A stretch of DNA of 64,000 nucleotides. Source: a virus. Shown piece by piece: positions 47,040 through 56,840 of the stretch. Made by a program: the position numbers and the translations under genes. Below the pieces are notes generated by a model. It was not told the origin of the DNA. It ran no database searches and saw only the letters and a list, made by a program, of their open reading frames with translations. Location: the IMG/VR virus record IMGVR_UViG_3300020601_000959, positions 5,188 through 69,187 of that record. One strand, given 5' to 3'. Each line of letters begins with the position of its first letter. Within the stretch, counting starts at the first letter, position 1.

Positions 47040-48245
47040 ATGTCAAAATGTATTGTACCATGGACGCAAATTGAAATTTGCGCTACAGGATTCTGCCGCC
47101 CGTGTGCTGAATATGGAACTGATTTAAAATGGGATGACGGTAAACGAATAGATTTTAATGATAAAAATACAACTTTAGATAAAGTTCTTAAATCAAACGA
47201 CTATAAAACTTTACGTGATCAATTTAGAAATAATGAAAAACCAGAGGGCTGTAGAAAGTGCTGGAAACTTGAAGAACAAGGATTGAAAAGTAGAAGACAG
47301 CGAGAACTAGAAGCGCATGAACAACATCTTGATTTAATCTCTACAGATGAAACAAAAATAGTTTTGTTTGACATAAAGCTAGGTAACCATTGTAATTTAA
47401 AATGTAATATTTGTAACAGCGAATACAGCAAGAAATGGGAAAAAGATGAAATGGATTGGTATGGACAAGTCATCAATCCAAGTTACGGAAAAGACTGGTT
47501 AAGCAATCCACAGCATTGGCAGGATATAAAGAAACAATGTGACAGTTTAGAAGTTTTATATCTTAGCGGCGGCGAACCCTTTCTTACTAAACATAATGAC
47601 GAACTTCTTACACACCTAATTGATATAGGTAGAGCGAAGGATGTTTGGATCAAATATCATACCAACGGAACCTATAAACTTACTGAAAAACTTATAAATC
47701 AATTTAAGCAATTCAAACGTATACAATTGATGTACAGCATTGATGATATAGGTAGGCGTTATGAATATCAAAGACCTCCGGCTAAATGGCATCGGGTAGA
47801 ATCAAATTTTATACATGCGTTAGAACATGGTTTTATTGATACAAAAATTTGTTATACAGTGAGTTTGTTTAATAGTCTTAGCGGACAAGAGATGGAAACG
47901 TGGTGTGCTAGTGTTGGTTTTAATTTAGATAACCTAGAAGTAAATTTTGCTAGAGATCCTATACACTATGATTTAAGTATGCTCGGCGACGAACAAAAAA
48001 CTATGTTACTAAACAAACTAGGACATGGTAAAATTGATACTGAAGTATCAAAATACATTAAAAGTTCACATCAACCCACATTTGATGAGACTGGATGGCC
48101 AGTAAAATCAAAAAAAGAACTTGACAACTTGCGTAAGTATGTTATAAGTAAGGTAGACAGTAAGAGCAACATGTCTCTTATGGATGTCAGTCCTGAAATA
48201 GAAAAAGTGGTAAATTATGATGAAAACTTGTGTATTACAACGTAA
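47040..48245 (+). CDS. Radical SAM/SPASM-twitch protein
   Basis: CIVPW, CRKCW, CNLKCNIC, SGGEPF, HTNG. Confidence 0.88.
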   Translation: MSKCIVPWTQIEICATGFCRPCAEYGTDLKWDDGKRIDFNDKNTTLDKVLKSNDYKTLRDQFRNNEKPEGCRKCWKLEEQGLKSRRQRELEAHEQHLDLISTDETKIVLFDIKLGNHCNLKCNICNSEYSKKWEKDEMDWYGQVINPSYGKDWLSNPQHWQDIKKQCDSLEVLYLSGGEPFLTKHNDELLTHLIDIGRAKDVWIKYHTNGTYKLTEKLINQFKQFKRIQLMYSIDDIGRRYEYQRPPAKWHRVESNFIHALEHGFIDTKICYTVSLFNSLSGQEMETWCASVGFNLDNLEVNFARDPIHYDLSMLGDEQKTMLLNKLGHGKIDTEVSKYIKSSHQPTFDETGWPVKSKKELDNLRKYVISKVDSKSNMSLMDVSPEIEKVVNYDENLCITT

Positions 48246-48638
48246 CGAACGTTCCATTACTGTAGATTTAACAACAAATGGCGCTGTATTCAACGAATAC
48301 GAAATGTTAGATTTTGAAACATCTAAAGAGTTTCATGATAAAACTAAAGCAGAACAATATTTTTTGGGTTTGAAAATTAAAGGATTCAAAGAGGCACTTG
48401 CGTCATGAAGATCTACGATCTCACAGCAGAACAATGCAAAATGCTTGATCAAATGTGGCAATGTGATAGTGCTGAAGAAATCTATGATTTTTTTCAATCA
48501 CTTGACAAAGACAAATATCTCATGGCGTTGACACTTCATGAACTGATGCTACAAGAACTCCAAGAGCAGGATGAAGATCCAAGCAACAACGTTACACAGG
48601 CACGTAATATGTTGTATGATATAGGTGTTAAATGCTAG
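48217..48638 (+). CDS. Two small hypothetical ORFs (48217-48408, 48405-48638)
   Basis: Coupled ORFs. Confidence 0.5.
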
Positions 48639-48952
48639 ATGATCACGCAGCAAATCTGTTTAAGAAAAATATAAACATGATGGTGCCATGGTATCTCATG
48701 GCATCATACGCATATTACGAACAAGATGATGCTATCTTATCAGATGGCTTCTTTGACGACATGGGCAAAACCATGTTGGCAGTTTGGGATGACATTGAAC
48801 ACTTCCATAAAGAACATATCACTTTAGACGATTTGAAAGCAGGCACTTTCTTAGGAAAGTATCCAAGTCGTGTCAAAGATGGACTGGCAAGTTTACGTGA
48901 AGCATACTACACAAAAAGCGGAACAGTCAGAAAAAAGCCCCATATCAAGTAA
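48632..48952 (+). CDS. Stand-alone NAD-dependent DNA ligase domain Ia-like protein
   Basis: ASYAYYEQDDAILSDGFFD matches YY...P..SD..(Y/F)D. Confidence 0.6.
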   Translation: MLDDHAANLFKKNINMMVPWYLMASYAYYEQDDAILSDGFFDDMGKTMLAVWDDIEHFHKEHITLDDLKAGTFLGKYPSRVKDGLASLREAYYTKSGTVRKKPHIK

Positions 48953-48990
48953 CTTTGATAAAACAATAATATATAGTTACAGGAGGTAAC

Positions 48991-50169
48991 ATGGCAAAAG
49001 GTGTAGTTAAACGTAAAAAACCAAGAGCAGCACGTAAGGCAAACGAATGGGAACTGATCAAAGAAGACTGGCCTTGGCAAAAAGCTCAATACTATATCCA
49101 TTATGAAATTGACAGTAAACAATGGTTAGTAAAAGTAAAAGATTATATAAAAGCAAACTATGATAAAAAAGTAGTTAGTGCTATTAATAGACTTCCGGAT
49201 TGGAAAGTAGGCGGCAAAAGTCATTATGCTACAGCAGCACATTTTGAAACACATTGGCCGGACAAAGTTATTGAAGGATACAAGGGCGCATTAAATCGCT
49301 GGATACTAGGGTTGGCAGAAGAAGGTGCCAAAATAGTAGAAGAAAAGAAAGCAGAAGAAAAAACCAAAAAGAATGTGTATGTGCCAAGCATACAAGAACG
49401 TATCCGCGAGCAAGCAATTGATGTTTGCGAAGACATAGACACATGGTTAGATGGTTTTATCACTGACAAGAAAAACTTTGATCCTAAGGGATTTGACTTT
49501 GCTAAACATTTTGCCAAGCACAAAGTAACACAAGCACATGCTAGAAAAATAATTGGTTTTTATGCTGGCGAACTTGAGGAAGCAAGGGTAATACAAAAGC
49601 TGCCAACGCCTGGTGAAATCAATCGTTGTAAGGACGAGTTTGAAAAAGACCAATTACAGCAGCTACGCGAAGGCTACAGCCACCTTACTAAAAAGGACGC
49701 TAAAGCATACTTGACAGCATTAGAGCTGCTACACGGCGCTTGTAGCGTGGTTATAGACGCTGCTAAAGCAACACGTAAGCCACGCAAGAAAGTAGCGCCT
49801 AGCAAAGAGAAATTGGTAGCCAAAGTCAAGTATTGTGAAAAAGATGATAAGCTACAATTGGTTAGTGTTAATCCGTTAGAACTGGTTGGCGCTACAGAAG
49901 TTTGGGTATACAATATCAAGACACGCAAACTAGGCAAATACATCGCAGATGAAGCTGCTACAATACAAGTAAAAGGCACTACACTTTTATATTACAATGA
50001 AAAAACCAGCATCCAAAAAACCCTACGCAAACCTGCCGAAACACTCAAAGAGTTCAAACAAGCGGGCAAGGTCCAATTGCGTAAATTTATGGATAACATT
50101 AAAACAACTGATATAAAACTAAACGGTAGGCTAAACGCAGACACAATTATTCTAAAGGCAACACAATGA
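48991..50169 (+). CDS. Conserved basic phage protein
   Basis: AGGAGG RBS; SIQERI, YNIKTRKLG, KTLRKP, NGRLN. Confidence 0.7.
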   Translation: MAKGVVKRKKPRAARKANEWELIKEDWPWQKAQYYIHYEIDSKQWLVKVKDYIKANYDKKVVSAINRLPDWKVGGKSHYATAAHFETHWPDKVIEGYKGALNRWILGLAEEGAKIVEEKKAEEKTKKNVYVPSIQERIREQAIDVCEDIDTWLDGFITDKKNFDPKGFDFAKHFAKHKVTQAHARKIIGFYAGELEEARVIQKLPTPGEINRCKDEFEKDQLQQLREGYSHLTKKDAKAYLTALELLHGACSVVIDAAKATRKPRKKVAPSKEKLVAKVKYCEKDDKLQLVSVNPLELVGATEVWVYNIKTRKLGKYIADEAATIQVKGTTLLYYNEKTSIQKTLRKPAETLKEFKQAGKVQLRKFMDNIKTTDIKLNGRLNADTIILKATQ

Positions 50170-50501
50170 ACAAGGTAGCAGATACTGTGGCAGCTCTAAA
50201 GGGCATCCCCACACGAGAAGAATTACAAAAACTATTAGTTGAAGAAGTGGTTTACATTACGTTTAAGAAACTGGATGGTGCTGAACGTAGAATGCAAAGC
50301 ACACTAATACCAAGCATGTTACCGCCAGCACAACGAGATGACAAACTTAGTCAAACCAAAATACGCAATCTAGAAGAAAAGGTATTTGTGGTTTGGTGTG
50401 TGGATCGCAGTGCTTGGCGCAGTTTCCGCTATGACAGAGTTACAGCAGTAGAAGTAGATCATATGTATGGCAATGGAACTGAAGACACTGCCAATTATTA
50501 A
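50166..50501 (+). CDS. SH3/WYL-like phage protein
   Basis: ITFKKLDGAERRM...WRSFRYDRV. Confidence 0.7.
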   Translation: MNKVADTVAALKGIPTREELQKLLVEEVVYITFKKLDGAERRMQSTLIPSMLPPAQRDDKLSQTKIRNLEEKVFVVWCVDRSAWRSFRYDRVTAVEVDHMYGNGTEDTANY

Positions 50502-50541
50502 CTCTGTATATTAAGCAATATGTTAGCGCAATAAATACTGT

Positions 50542-50856
50542 ATGAAAAATATTACACTTGAAGCATTGGAGCGTCAAGTATTGTTATGGAATCGAGCAGC
50601 AATACTGGCGCCCATTTTTTTTACTGGCTTGCTTATGGTCGCTTGGCTACTGAGTTTTTGTAGCACACAAACACTGTTCTTCATTGCTTGTGGATTGTAT
50701 TTCCTCACAGCAGTTATTTGGTGGTGGTGGACAATGAAAAGTATCCATATGTTGGTAAAGATTTTGTCTAGCACAAACAAGGGTATAAAAGAAGTTAGTG
50801 TAGAACTTAAAAATATTCGAGAAGAACTAAAGGTTGACAACCAATCTGATAACTAG
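50542..50856 (+). CDS. Membrane protein
   Basis: Two TM helices, WWWW, coiled-coil tail. Confidence 0.65.
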   Translation: MKNITLEALERQVLLWNRAAILAPIFFTGLLMVAWLLSFCSTQTLFFIACGLYFLTAVIWWWWTMKSIHMLVKILSSTNKGIKEVSVELKNIREELKVDNQSDN

Positions 50857-50869
50857 TATTATAAAACTA

Positions 50870-50928
50870 AGAGGACTAATGTGTTCGCCCCTCTATAAAC
50901 ATTCCGCACACTCCAGTAGCCAAGGAGT
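50870..50928 (+). promoter_or_regulatory. preQ1-I-like riboswitch
   Basis: Promoter TTGACA(50834)-17-TATTAT; AGAGG...CC-CCTCT-ATAAA; AATG/CATT pseudoknot; ACTCC/GGAGT hairpin over SD; upstream of queD. Confidence 0.65.
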
Positions 50929-50933
50929 ATAAT

Positions 50934-51383
50934 ATGAGTTACTACAGTACAAAAACATACGGGCACAACATAGGATTGAGTGCTTGCTTTAGACAACCTA
51001 AAGCACATAGCCATTGTAAATTTTTACATGGATACAGTTTACAATTTAAATTTACATTTGCGGCAAGTGAATTAGACGAACGAAACTGGGTCGTAGACTT
51101 TGGCGGATTAAAACCACTCAAAGCATGGCTTGAAGATACATTTGATCACAAGGTTGTGCTAGATGCGGATGATCCATTTATGTATCATTTTGAAACACTT
51201 GCGCAAGCAAAACTTGCTGAGCTTACAATCCTAGATGGCGTAGGCGTAGAGAAGTTTGCTTATCATGCTTGGAAGTTTGCTAACGATCTTGTTAAAGAAA
51301 TGACAGACGGACGTTGCTGGTGCGAGTCTTGTGAATGTGCAGAGCATGGAGCCAATAGTGCCATCTACAAAGCATTGGACTGA
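50934..51383 (+). CDS. queD: 6-carboxy-5,6,7,8-tetrahydropterin synthase (QueD/PTPS)
   Basis: HSHCKFLHGY, WVVDFGGLK, FDH, EHGANSA. Confidence 0.88.
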   Translation: MSYYSTKTYGHNIGLSACFRQPKAHSHCKFLHGYSLQFKFTFAASELDERNWVVDFGGLKPLKAWLEDTFDHKVVLDADDPFMYHFETLAQAKLAELTILDGVGVEKFAYHAWKFANDLVKEMTDGRCWCESCECAEHGANSAIYKALD

Positions 51384-52191
51384 ATCCAAAGAAGTACGCA
51401 GGGCAAGAAAGGCACTAGAAAAAGCTAAAAAAGCAGAAGAAGAATCTAGTGCTAAACCTGTTGTAGAAAAAATTCTAAATAAAAAAACCAATAATAGACA
51501 CATAGTATGCCTTAAATGGGGCGATAAGTATACGTATGATTATGTTAACAAATTACATAATATGTGTAAAAGGCATGCTCAAGAAGACTTTGAGTTTCAT
51601 TGTTTTACAGAAAATGCCACAGGTATACAAAAAGGCATAAAAATCCATAATTTGCCTAAAATTAAAAAACTACAAGGTTGGTGGTTCAAACCTTGGTTCT
51701 TTAGCAATGAACTCCCATTCACCGGCACACTTTTGTTTCTTGATTTAGATATAGTAATATGTAATAATATTGACAGATTTTTTAATTACAAACCCGAAAA
51801 AGATTTTCTAATCATTAGAGACTTTAATAGATCAATAAGAAGTAATTGGGACAGAGTAAATAGTAGTGTGTTTAGACTTACGGTGGGTAGCAGAGCACAT
51901 CAATGGGATAATTTTTTAAGTCAAAAAGATGATACTATAAGACGTATGCCAGGAGATCAAGATTGGATGTATAGAAATACAAAACCATATTGGTATTGGC
52001 CAGACGAATGGGTAAGAAGTTACAAATGGGAAATGCGTGACAGGCGTGATCTAGAACTTAAAAACGGAGTTAGGCAATTCAAAACAATTGGCTATCCAAC
52101 AGTAGAAAAAGAACAGAGTATAGCTGTGTTTCATGGTAAACCTAATCCAGCAGACTGTAAAGACCCATGGGTGTTAGAAAATTGGCAATGA
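51331..52191 (+). CDS. Glycosyltransferase-like protein (GT-A, DxD)
   Basis: CLKWGDKY, GWWFK, FLDLDIVI, NSSV, GDQDW, FHGKPNP; true start probably downstream. Confidence 0.8.
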   Translation: MNVQSMEPIVPSTKHWTESKEVRRARKALEKAKKAEEESSAKPVVEKILNKKTNNRHIVCLKWGDKYTYDYVNKLHNMCKRHAQEDFEFHCFTENATGIQKGIKIHNLPKIKKLQGWWFKPWFFSNELPFTGTLLFLDLDIVICNNIDRFFNYKPEKDFLIIRDFNRSIRSNWDRVNSSVFRLTVGSRAHQWDNFLSQKDDTIRRMPGDQDWMYRNTKPYWYWPDEWVRSYKWEMRDRRDLELKNGVRQFKTIGYPTVEKEQSIAVFHGKPNPADCKDPWVLENWQ

Positions 52192-52364
52192 ATCGTTTAA
52201 AAGATTTTAAACTATGGTATAGACATCTTAGAAAAGAAGGTAAACGCATGTACGGAGACAATCAGGTTGACATAGCATGGTATGCCAAGTATAATGTAAT
52301 TAATTGTGCTTTATGGGCATGGTATAATAGTAAGCACAACACATTGGATGGAAAATATAAATGA
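52188..52364 (+). CDS. Small hypothetical protein
   Basis: ATGA coupling. Confidence 0.5.
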   Translation: MNRLKDFKLWYRHLRKEGKRMYGDNQVDIAWYAKYNVINCALWAWYNSKHNTLDGKYK

Positions 52365-53458
52365 TGAATGATTTGAAATTTACCAACGCAGGAGATTTTC
52401 TAAAATCGCAGCAAAGACGTATTGGATTTGCTTGTAAATATCTACACCCTGATCAAACACAGAAGAATAAAGTGCTCGAAGAATTACAGCGTCCACTTAC
52501 AGAAAAGTGTACAACAGTCGCTTGGCTAAATAGACAGAGTAGAGACGTTGCTGAACAAAGGCTGTGGGACATTATGGAACACAACGCAGCAGCAGCGAAA
52601 AGGTTAGTAGAATATGTGGGAAGCCTTCCTGAACATCTTCGTATGGTCCGACTGGGTAGCAATCAGCTTCCTTGTGCTACCGAGCCTAGCTGGCGCTATT
52701 TTTGGTCTCGTCCAGATGTGGTGGCGTACTGTGAGAAGCACTACGCAAAAGTCGGTGACGCAGCCAGACGCTTGGATGTTAGGCTCTCAATGCACCCAGG
52801 ACAATTTACAGTCCTTGCTTCGGATAACGAAGAAATTGTAGAACGGAGCATAGAAGAATTTGAATATCACGCCACTCTCATCAGGTATATGGGCTACGGT
52901 AAGAAGTTCCAAGACTTTAAGAACAACGTCCACATCTCCGGCCGCAAAGGTCCCCAAGGTATCAAAGACGTCCTCCCAAGACTATCGCCAGAAGCAAGAA
53001 ATACTATCACGATCGAAAACGACGAAAACAAATGGGGTCTCGAGGCTAGCCTAGAACTTGCTGATGATGTTCCACTGGTGTTAGATATACATCACCACTG
53101 GGTAAACACAGGAGAATACATTGAACCAGATGATGACAGAATTTACCGTATTATCGATAGTTGGCGTGGTGTGCGTCCTGCTATGCATTACAGCCTTTGC
53201 CGTCCGGAGTACCTTGAAGGACATAGATCTAATGTTAGACCAGATATGGAAAAACTTTTAGAAGCAGGCTTCAAAAAACAAAAACTTAGAGCACACTCAG
53301 ATTACTGCCATAATGATGCGTGTAACGACTGGGCATTAGAACACTGGGAATGGGCTGACATTATGGTCGAAGCTAAGATGAAAAACTTGGCAAGTAGACA
53401 ACTACTACAAAGATATTATATGAACAAGGATCCGTTTGCTGGCAAACTAGCAGCATAA
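52361..53458 (+). CDS. uvsE: UV damage endonuclease
   Basis: IGFAC, RLSMHPGQF, IENDE, LDIHHH, RAHSD, IMVEAKMK. Confidence 0.93.
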   Translation: MMNDLKFTNAGDFLKSQQRRIGFACKYLHPDQTQKNKVLEELQRPLTEKCTTVAWLNRQSRDVAEQRLWDIMEHNAAAAKRLVEYVGSLPEHLRMVRLGSNQLPCATEPSWRYFWSRPDVVAYCEKHYAKVGDAARRLDVRLSMHPGQFTVLASDNEEIVERSIEEFEYHATLIRYMGYGKKFQDFKNNVHISGRKGPQGIKDVLPRLSPEARNTITIENDENKWGLEASLELADDVPLVLDIHHHWVNTGEYIEPDDDRIYRIIDSWRGVRPAMHYSLCRPEYLEGHRSNVRPDMEKLLEAGFKKQKLRAHSDYCHNDACNDWALEHWEWADIMVEAKMKNLASRQLLQRYYMNKDPFAGKLAA

Positions 53459-54057
53459 TGTTTTTAAATGACACGCAAAAAATAGTAATATCAGTGCCTA
53501 TGAAATGCGGTACTGAAACTTTTGCTGAAATATTTAAACATGACAAAAATTGGATTGACATTTATAAAAATAAAACTTTAGATGATATTGAATTATCAGG
53601 ATTAGATAAAACTTTAAAAGTTTTTGAACTTACAGATAGAAATTTAAATAATTATACTCATTATGTAATTGTTAGACATCCAGTACAATGGATTGTAAGT
53701 GGTTTTAGATTCTTACAATCATTCAAACAAAATAGGAAATTATTCAAATACCATACTGATTTCTACAAGCATTTAAAAGATGTAAAAAAAGAACGTGATT
53801 TGAATGTTACTGTGTTTAACTTATTTTGGAGCGATCATTGTAGTGTAATGCCCGATCGTTACTGTAACGAAAATGCGCTACCAAGACAAATTGAAAACTT
53901 GGATGCTTTTTTAAATGAATTAAACATAGATACAGAAATTCCTATATTAAACAAAACAGGATCTCATATTCCATACCCTGATATAAATATTCGATGTAGA
54001 ACATTACTACAAGACATATGTAAGGATTACTGTCAACAATATGGTTACACTTTTTAA
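53458..54057 (+). CDS. Sulfotransferase-like protein
   Basis: VPMKCGTET, VRHPVQWIVSG. Confidence 0.6.
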   Translation: MFLNDTQKIVISVPMKCGTETFAEIFKHDKNWIDIYKNKTLDDIELSGLDKTLKVFELTDRNLNNYTHYVIVRHPVQWIVSGFRFLQSFKQNRKLFKYHTDFYKHLKDVKKERDLNVTVFNLFWSDHCSVMPDRYCNENALPRQIENLDAFLNELNIDTEIPILNKTGSHIPYPDINIRCRTLLQDICKDYCQQYGYTF

Positions 54058-54712
54058 TTTAAAAAGAGGCATTGGAATAATAGGTCCATGTAAAAGTGGC
54101 AGCAGTAGTCTACAACGTAATGGTATGAATGGCAACTATTTAGATTTAGGATGGGCTCAAGGACCTGAATCAAGAGCGTTCCAGAGAAAAAGTCTTAATC
54201 ACATCGAATTTAAACCTAAAGTACAAGACCTTCAGTGGTATATTTTATCACGTAACCCTGTTCACTGGTATATGAGTGGACGATATATGGTAATGACTAC
54301 TAGAAAAGATGTACATCTATTTTCAGCCGAGGTCCGTTATATAAATTTAGTTGACTTTTTTAAACATGTACAAGAGTGGACACTAGAAAAAATATCAGTA
54401 AATAGTAAAGTTGAATACCAAAATAATTTTATTACTCATTGTGTTATGAGTCCTTATCAAATAAAAAAGTCAATTGTAAATAATACCAAAAAACTTAGTA
54501 CTATAAATATTGAAAATAAAAATCAAAGATATCTAATTACAAAATTAATAAGTGGCAATTTTCCTCATGTGAACAAAACATCATTCAAAAATAAAGAAAT
54601 TATTTGTGATAAAAGTGCCGATATTTTAAAAGACCTTTGTAAAGATTGGGCAAGCGCAGAAGGATATAATATTGAAGAATCAATTGAGAATTGGAACATA
54701 AATACAGCATGA
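54041..54712 (+). CDS. Sulfotransferase-like protein
   Basis: PCKSGSSS, SRNPVHWYMSG, PHVN. Confidence 0.55.
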   Translation: MVTLFNLKRGIGIIGPCKSGSSSLQRNGMNGNYLDLGWAQGPESRAFQRKSLNHIEFKPKVQDLQWYILSRNPVHWYMSGRYMVMTTRKDVHLFSAEVRYINLVDFFKHVQEWTLEKISVNSKVEYQNNFITHCVMSPYQIKKSIVNNTKKLSTINIENKNQRYLITKLISGNFPHVNKTSFKNKEIICDKSADILKDLCKDWASAEGYNIEESIENWNINTA

Positions 54713-54960
54713 GAAGTAGTAAATTTATAAGATCAATGTATGCTCGAACAACACCTAGTGTATCTGAAAAAAATCCTAACAGAGTTTTAGGAGGATTAAA
54801 AGGACACGGTGCTGATCATTATAGTGTATTAGGTGAAGATGGCACACAACGTGAAGTGCCTACTAGAGCGTATGTCCAAGGTTTAGAAGAAAAAATTAGA
54901 GCGCAGGATACACGTATATTAACTCTAGAGAAAAAAGTAAGGAAATTTAGCAATGATTAA
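54709..54960 (+). CDS. Hypothetical protein
   Basis: KNPNRVLGGLK motif, coiled-coil end. Confidence 0.55.
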   Translation: MRSSKFIRSMYARTTPSVSEKNPNRVLGGLKGHGADHYSVLGEDGTQREVPTRAYVQGLEEKIRAQDTRILTLEKKVRKFSND

Positions 54961-55117
54961 AAAATGGATTGATGCTCGATTAAAAGAACGAACCTCATGG
55001 GACGGAGCAGCACTTATTGCGCTCGGACTTATGGTTTTATTTTTAGCACCACTAGCAAAGATTGCGGCAGGTCTTGCGATAGCATATGGAATTTGGACTA
55101 TCTGGAAACAGGACTAA
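54953..55117 (+). CDS. Small two-TM protein (54 aa, absent from ORF track)
   Basis: MIKKWIDARLKERTSWDGAALIALG...IWTIWKQD. Confidence 0.65.
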   Translation: MIKKWIDARLKERTSWDGAALIALGLMVLFLAPLAKIAAGLAIAYGIWTIWKQD

Positions 55118-55597
55118 ATGAAATTACAACAGCGTATTGTAATAAAAGCCAACGATATGGTGGATTGTTGGCGAACTGAGAATAGCGGACAATGTAGCAC
55201 TTGTTATCGTAATTGGCATGACAAAGGAAAAAGTTTTGAGGAAAGTTTAAAAACTATACCTGAAGATGATTTGAGTATTTTGTTAGAAATGTTTACCGAT
55301 ATTGAACACGAAGTTTATTCTGATCCAAACAAAATACAAGAAGTATATGGAGATTCTTGGAACTTGCCTTCGGGAGAAAAAACCAGTGACAAAAGCCGGA
55401 TGCCTAGGACTATTGTAATTATAGAAAACAATGTTCCAAACGCTGTGATTGCTGGTAGAGTTATTTTTGCTGGAAACGTTTTAGGACATTCATCTGGTGT
55501 ATTATTGCGAGATAAAATCATAGTCGGTTTGAGCTATAAAGACAGAGGCGGCAAAGAACCAAAAGATGTAGACAAACATGTTTGGTGGGAAGAGTGA
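55118..55597 (+). CDS. Hypothetical protein
   Basis: ORF in operon. Confidence 0.5.
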   Translation: MKLQQRIVIKANDMVDCWRTENSGQCSTCYRNWHDKGKSFEESLKTIPEDDLSILLEMFTDIEHEVYSDPNKIQEVYGDSWNLPSGEKTSDKSRMPRTIVIIENNVPNAVIAGRVIFAGNVLGHSSGVLLRDKIIVGLSYKDRGGKEPKDVDKHVWWEE

Positions 55598-56142
55598 TAT
55601 TTTACAGCAAGCAAAGAAATTTATCTGTAGTAACTATAGCAAAAAATGGTAGTGAAACAATTATCAAATCTATACGTGATGATTTTACCCAAGTCAAAAA
55701 TCCTAAAAACAAACAATTAGTAATCATTAGAGATCCATTATCTAGATGGATTAGTGGCATAGTAGAACAAAGTTTGTACGGTCCGCACGTTAAAGGATTA
55801 CGATCAATTGAGTCAATGCTCAAAAGTTGTGCTATAAAAGTTTTTCAAAATAATGTAGCACATGAAGATTACCATACAGAACCTCAAGTTAGTTTCTTGT
55901 ACGATTTGCCAACAATATATTATTATATGACACCAACAGTTTTTGAGGATATTAATCGTGATCATAACATATTTAAAGGCATTACACATTTACATACTAG
56001 CACAGAAGGCAAAAGATTAGAATATACACAAGCATTAAAGAACTGGGTAGTAGCCAATCAAAAAGCAGTTGATGATTGGGCAAAAGTTGTATATCAAGAC
56101 GATTACAATCTTATAGAAAATTCACATTTTGTTAATAGGTAA
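55594..56142 (+). CDS. Sulfotransferase-like protein
   Basis: IAKNGSET, IRDPLSRWISG, HTEPQ, YQDDY. Confidence 0.65.
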   Translation: MIFYSKQRNLSVVTIAKNGSETIIKSIRDDFTQVKNPKNKQLVIIRDPLSRWISGIVEQSLYGPHVKGLRSIESMLKSCAIKVFQNNVAHEDYHTEPQVSFLYDLPTIYYYMTPTVFEDINRDHNIFKGITHLHTSTEGKRLEYTQALKNWVVANQKAVDDWAKVVYQDDYNLIENSHFVNR

Positions 56143-56409
56143 TGTACTACTGGCTTTAAGTTGCCAGACTTTTCGTTTGTCTACACCTTTTTGTTGAGCA
56201 AACTTTTTAGCATCACAGTTTTCACAAACATGAAAATAGTTATTTGTAAGTCTTTTAGGATCCATGGAACCACGTTCTCTTGTGAATTCAATATCGCAGC
56301 TATCACAACGTAAAACTACCATTGTTTTTTTACGACAATAACCGTGTTGATTGCCAAGTTTACTACGGCGCATGTGCCAAGTATCAATTAAAAATTCTTT
56401 TATAAACAT
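56122..56409 (-). CDS. Zn-binding hypothetical protein
   Basis: CDSC...CENC. Confidence 0.6.
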   Translation of the reverse strand: MFIKEFLIDTWHMRRSKLGNQHGYCRKKTMVVLRCDSCDIEFTRERGSMDPKRLTNNYFHVCENCDAKKFAQQKGVDKRKVWQLKASSTLPINKM

Positions 56410-56465
56410 AACTATATTTACATTAAGATTATAAAAAGTAACGATAAATATTAGAAAGGAACACT

Positions 56466-56828
56466 ATGAGCATACTAACTTTAACTCCAGCAGCAGAAAA
56501 ACAAATAGATCTTTTATGCGAAGAGAACGAAGCCTATGGCATTACTCTTAACATCAAAGGCGGTGGTTGTGCTGGATTTGAGTACGAATGGGGTACTATT
56601 GCTAATCCAACAGACCTAGAAAAAGATGATGAAGTAGTTAAAACAGCAAACGGATGTGCGTTTGTTGTTGGCGCACATAGTTTAATGTTTTTAATCGGTA
56701 CTGAAGTAGACTATGTTAAAAGTCTAGTTGGTGCTAACTTTGAAATTAACAATCCAAACGCACACAGTAGTTGTGGTTGCGGAGTAAGTGTTAATTTTGA
56801 TATGGATAATTTAGTACCACAATTTTAA
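56466..56828 (+). CDS. Fe-S cluster assembly A-type carrier (IscA/HesB)
   Basis: LTPAA, GGGCAGFEY, NPNA..SCGCG.S. Confidence 0.92.
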   Translation: MSILTLTPAAEKQIDLLCEENEAYGITLNIKGGGCAGFEYEWGTIANPTDLEKDDEVVKTANGCAFVVGAHSLMFLIGTEVDYVKSLVGANFEINNPNAHSSCGCGVSVNFDMDNLVPQF

Positions 56829-56840
56829 AGGAAATAAAAG

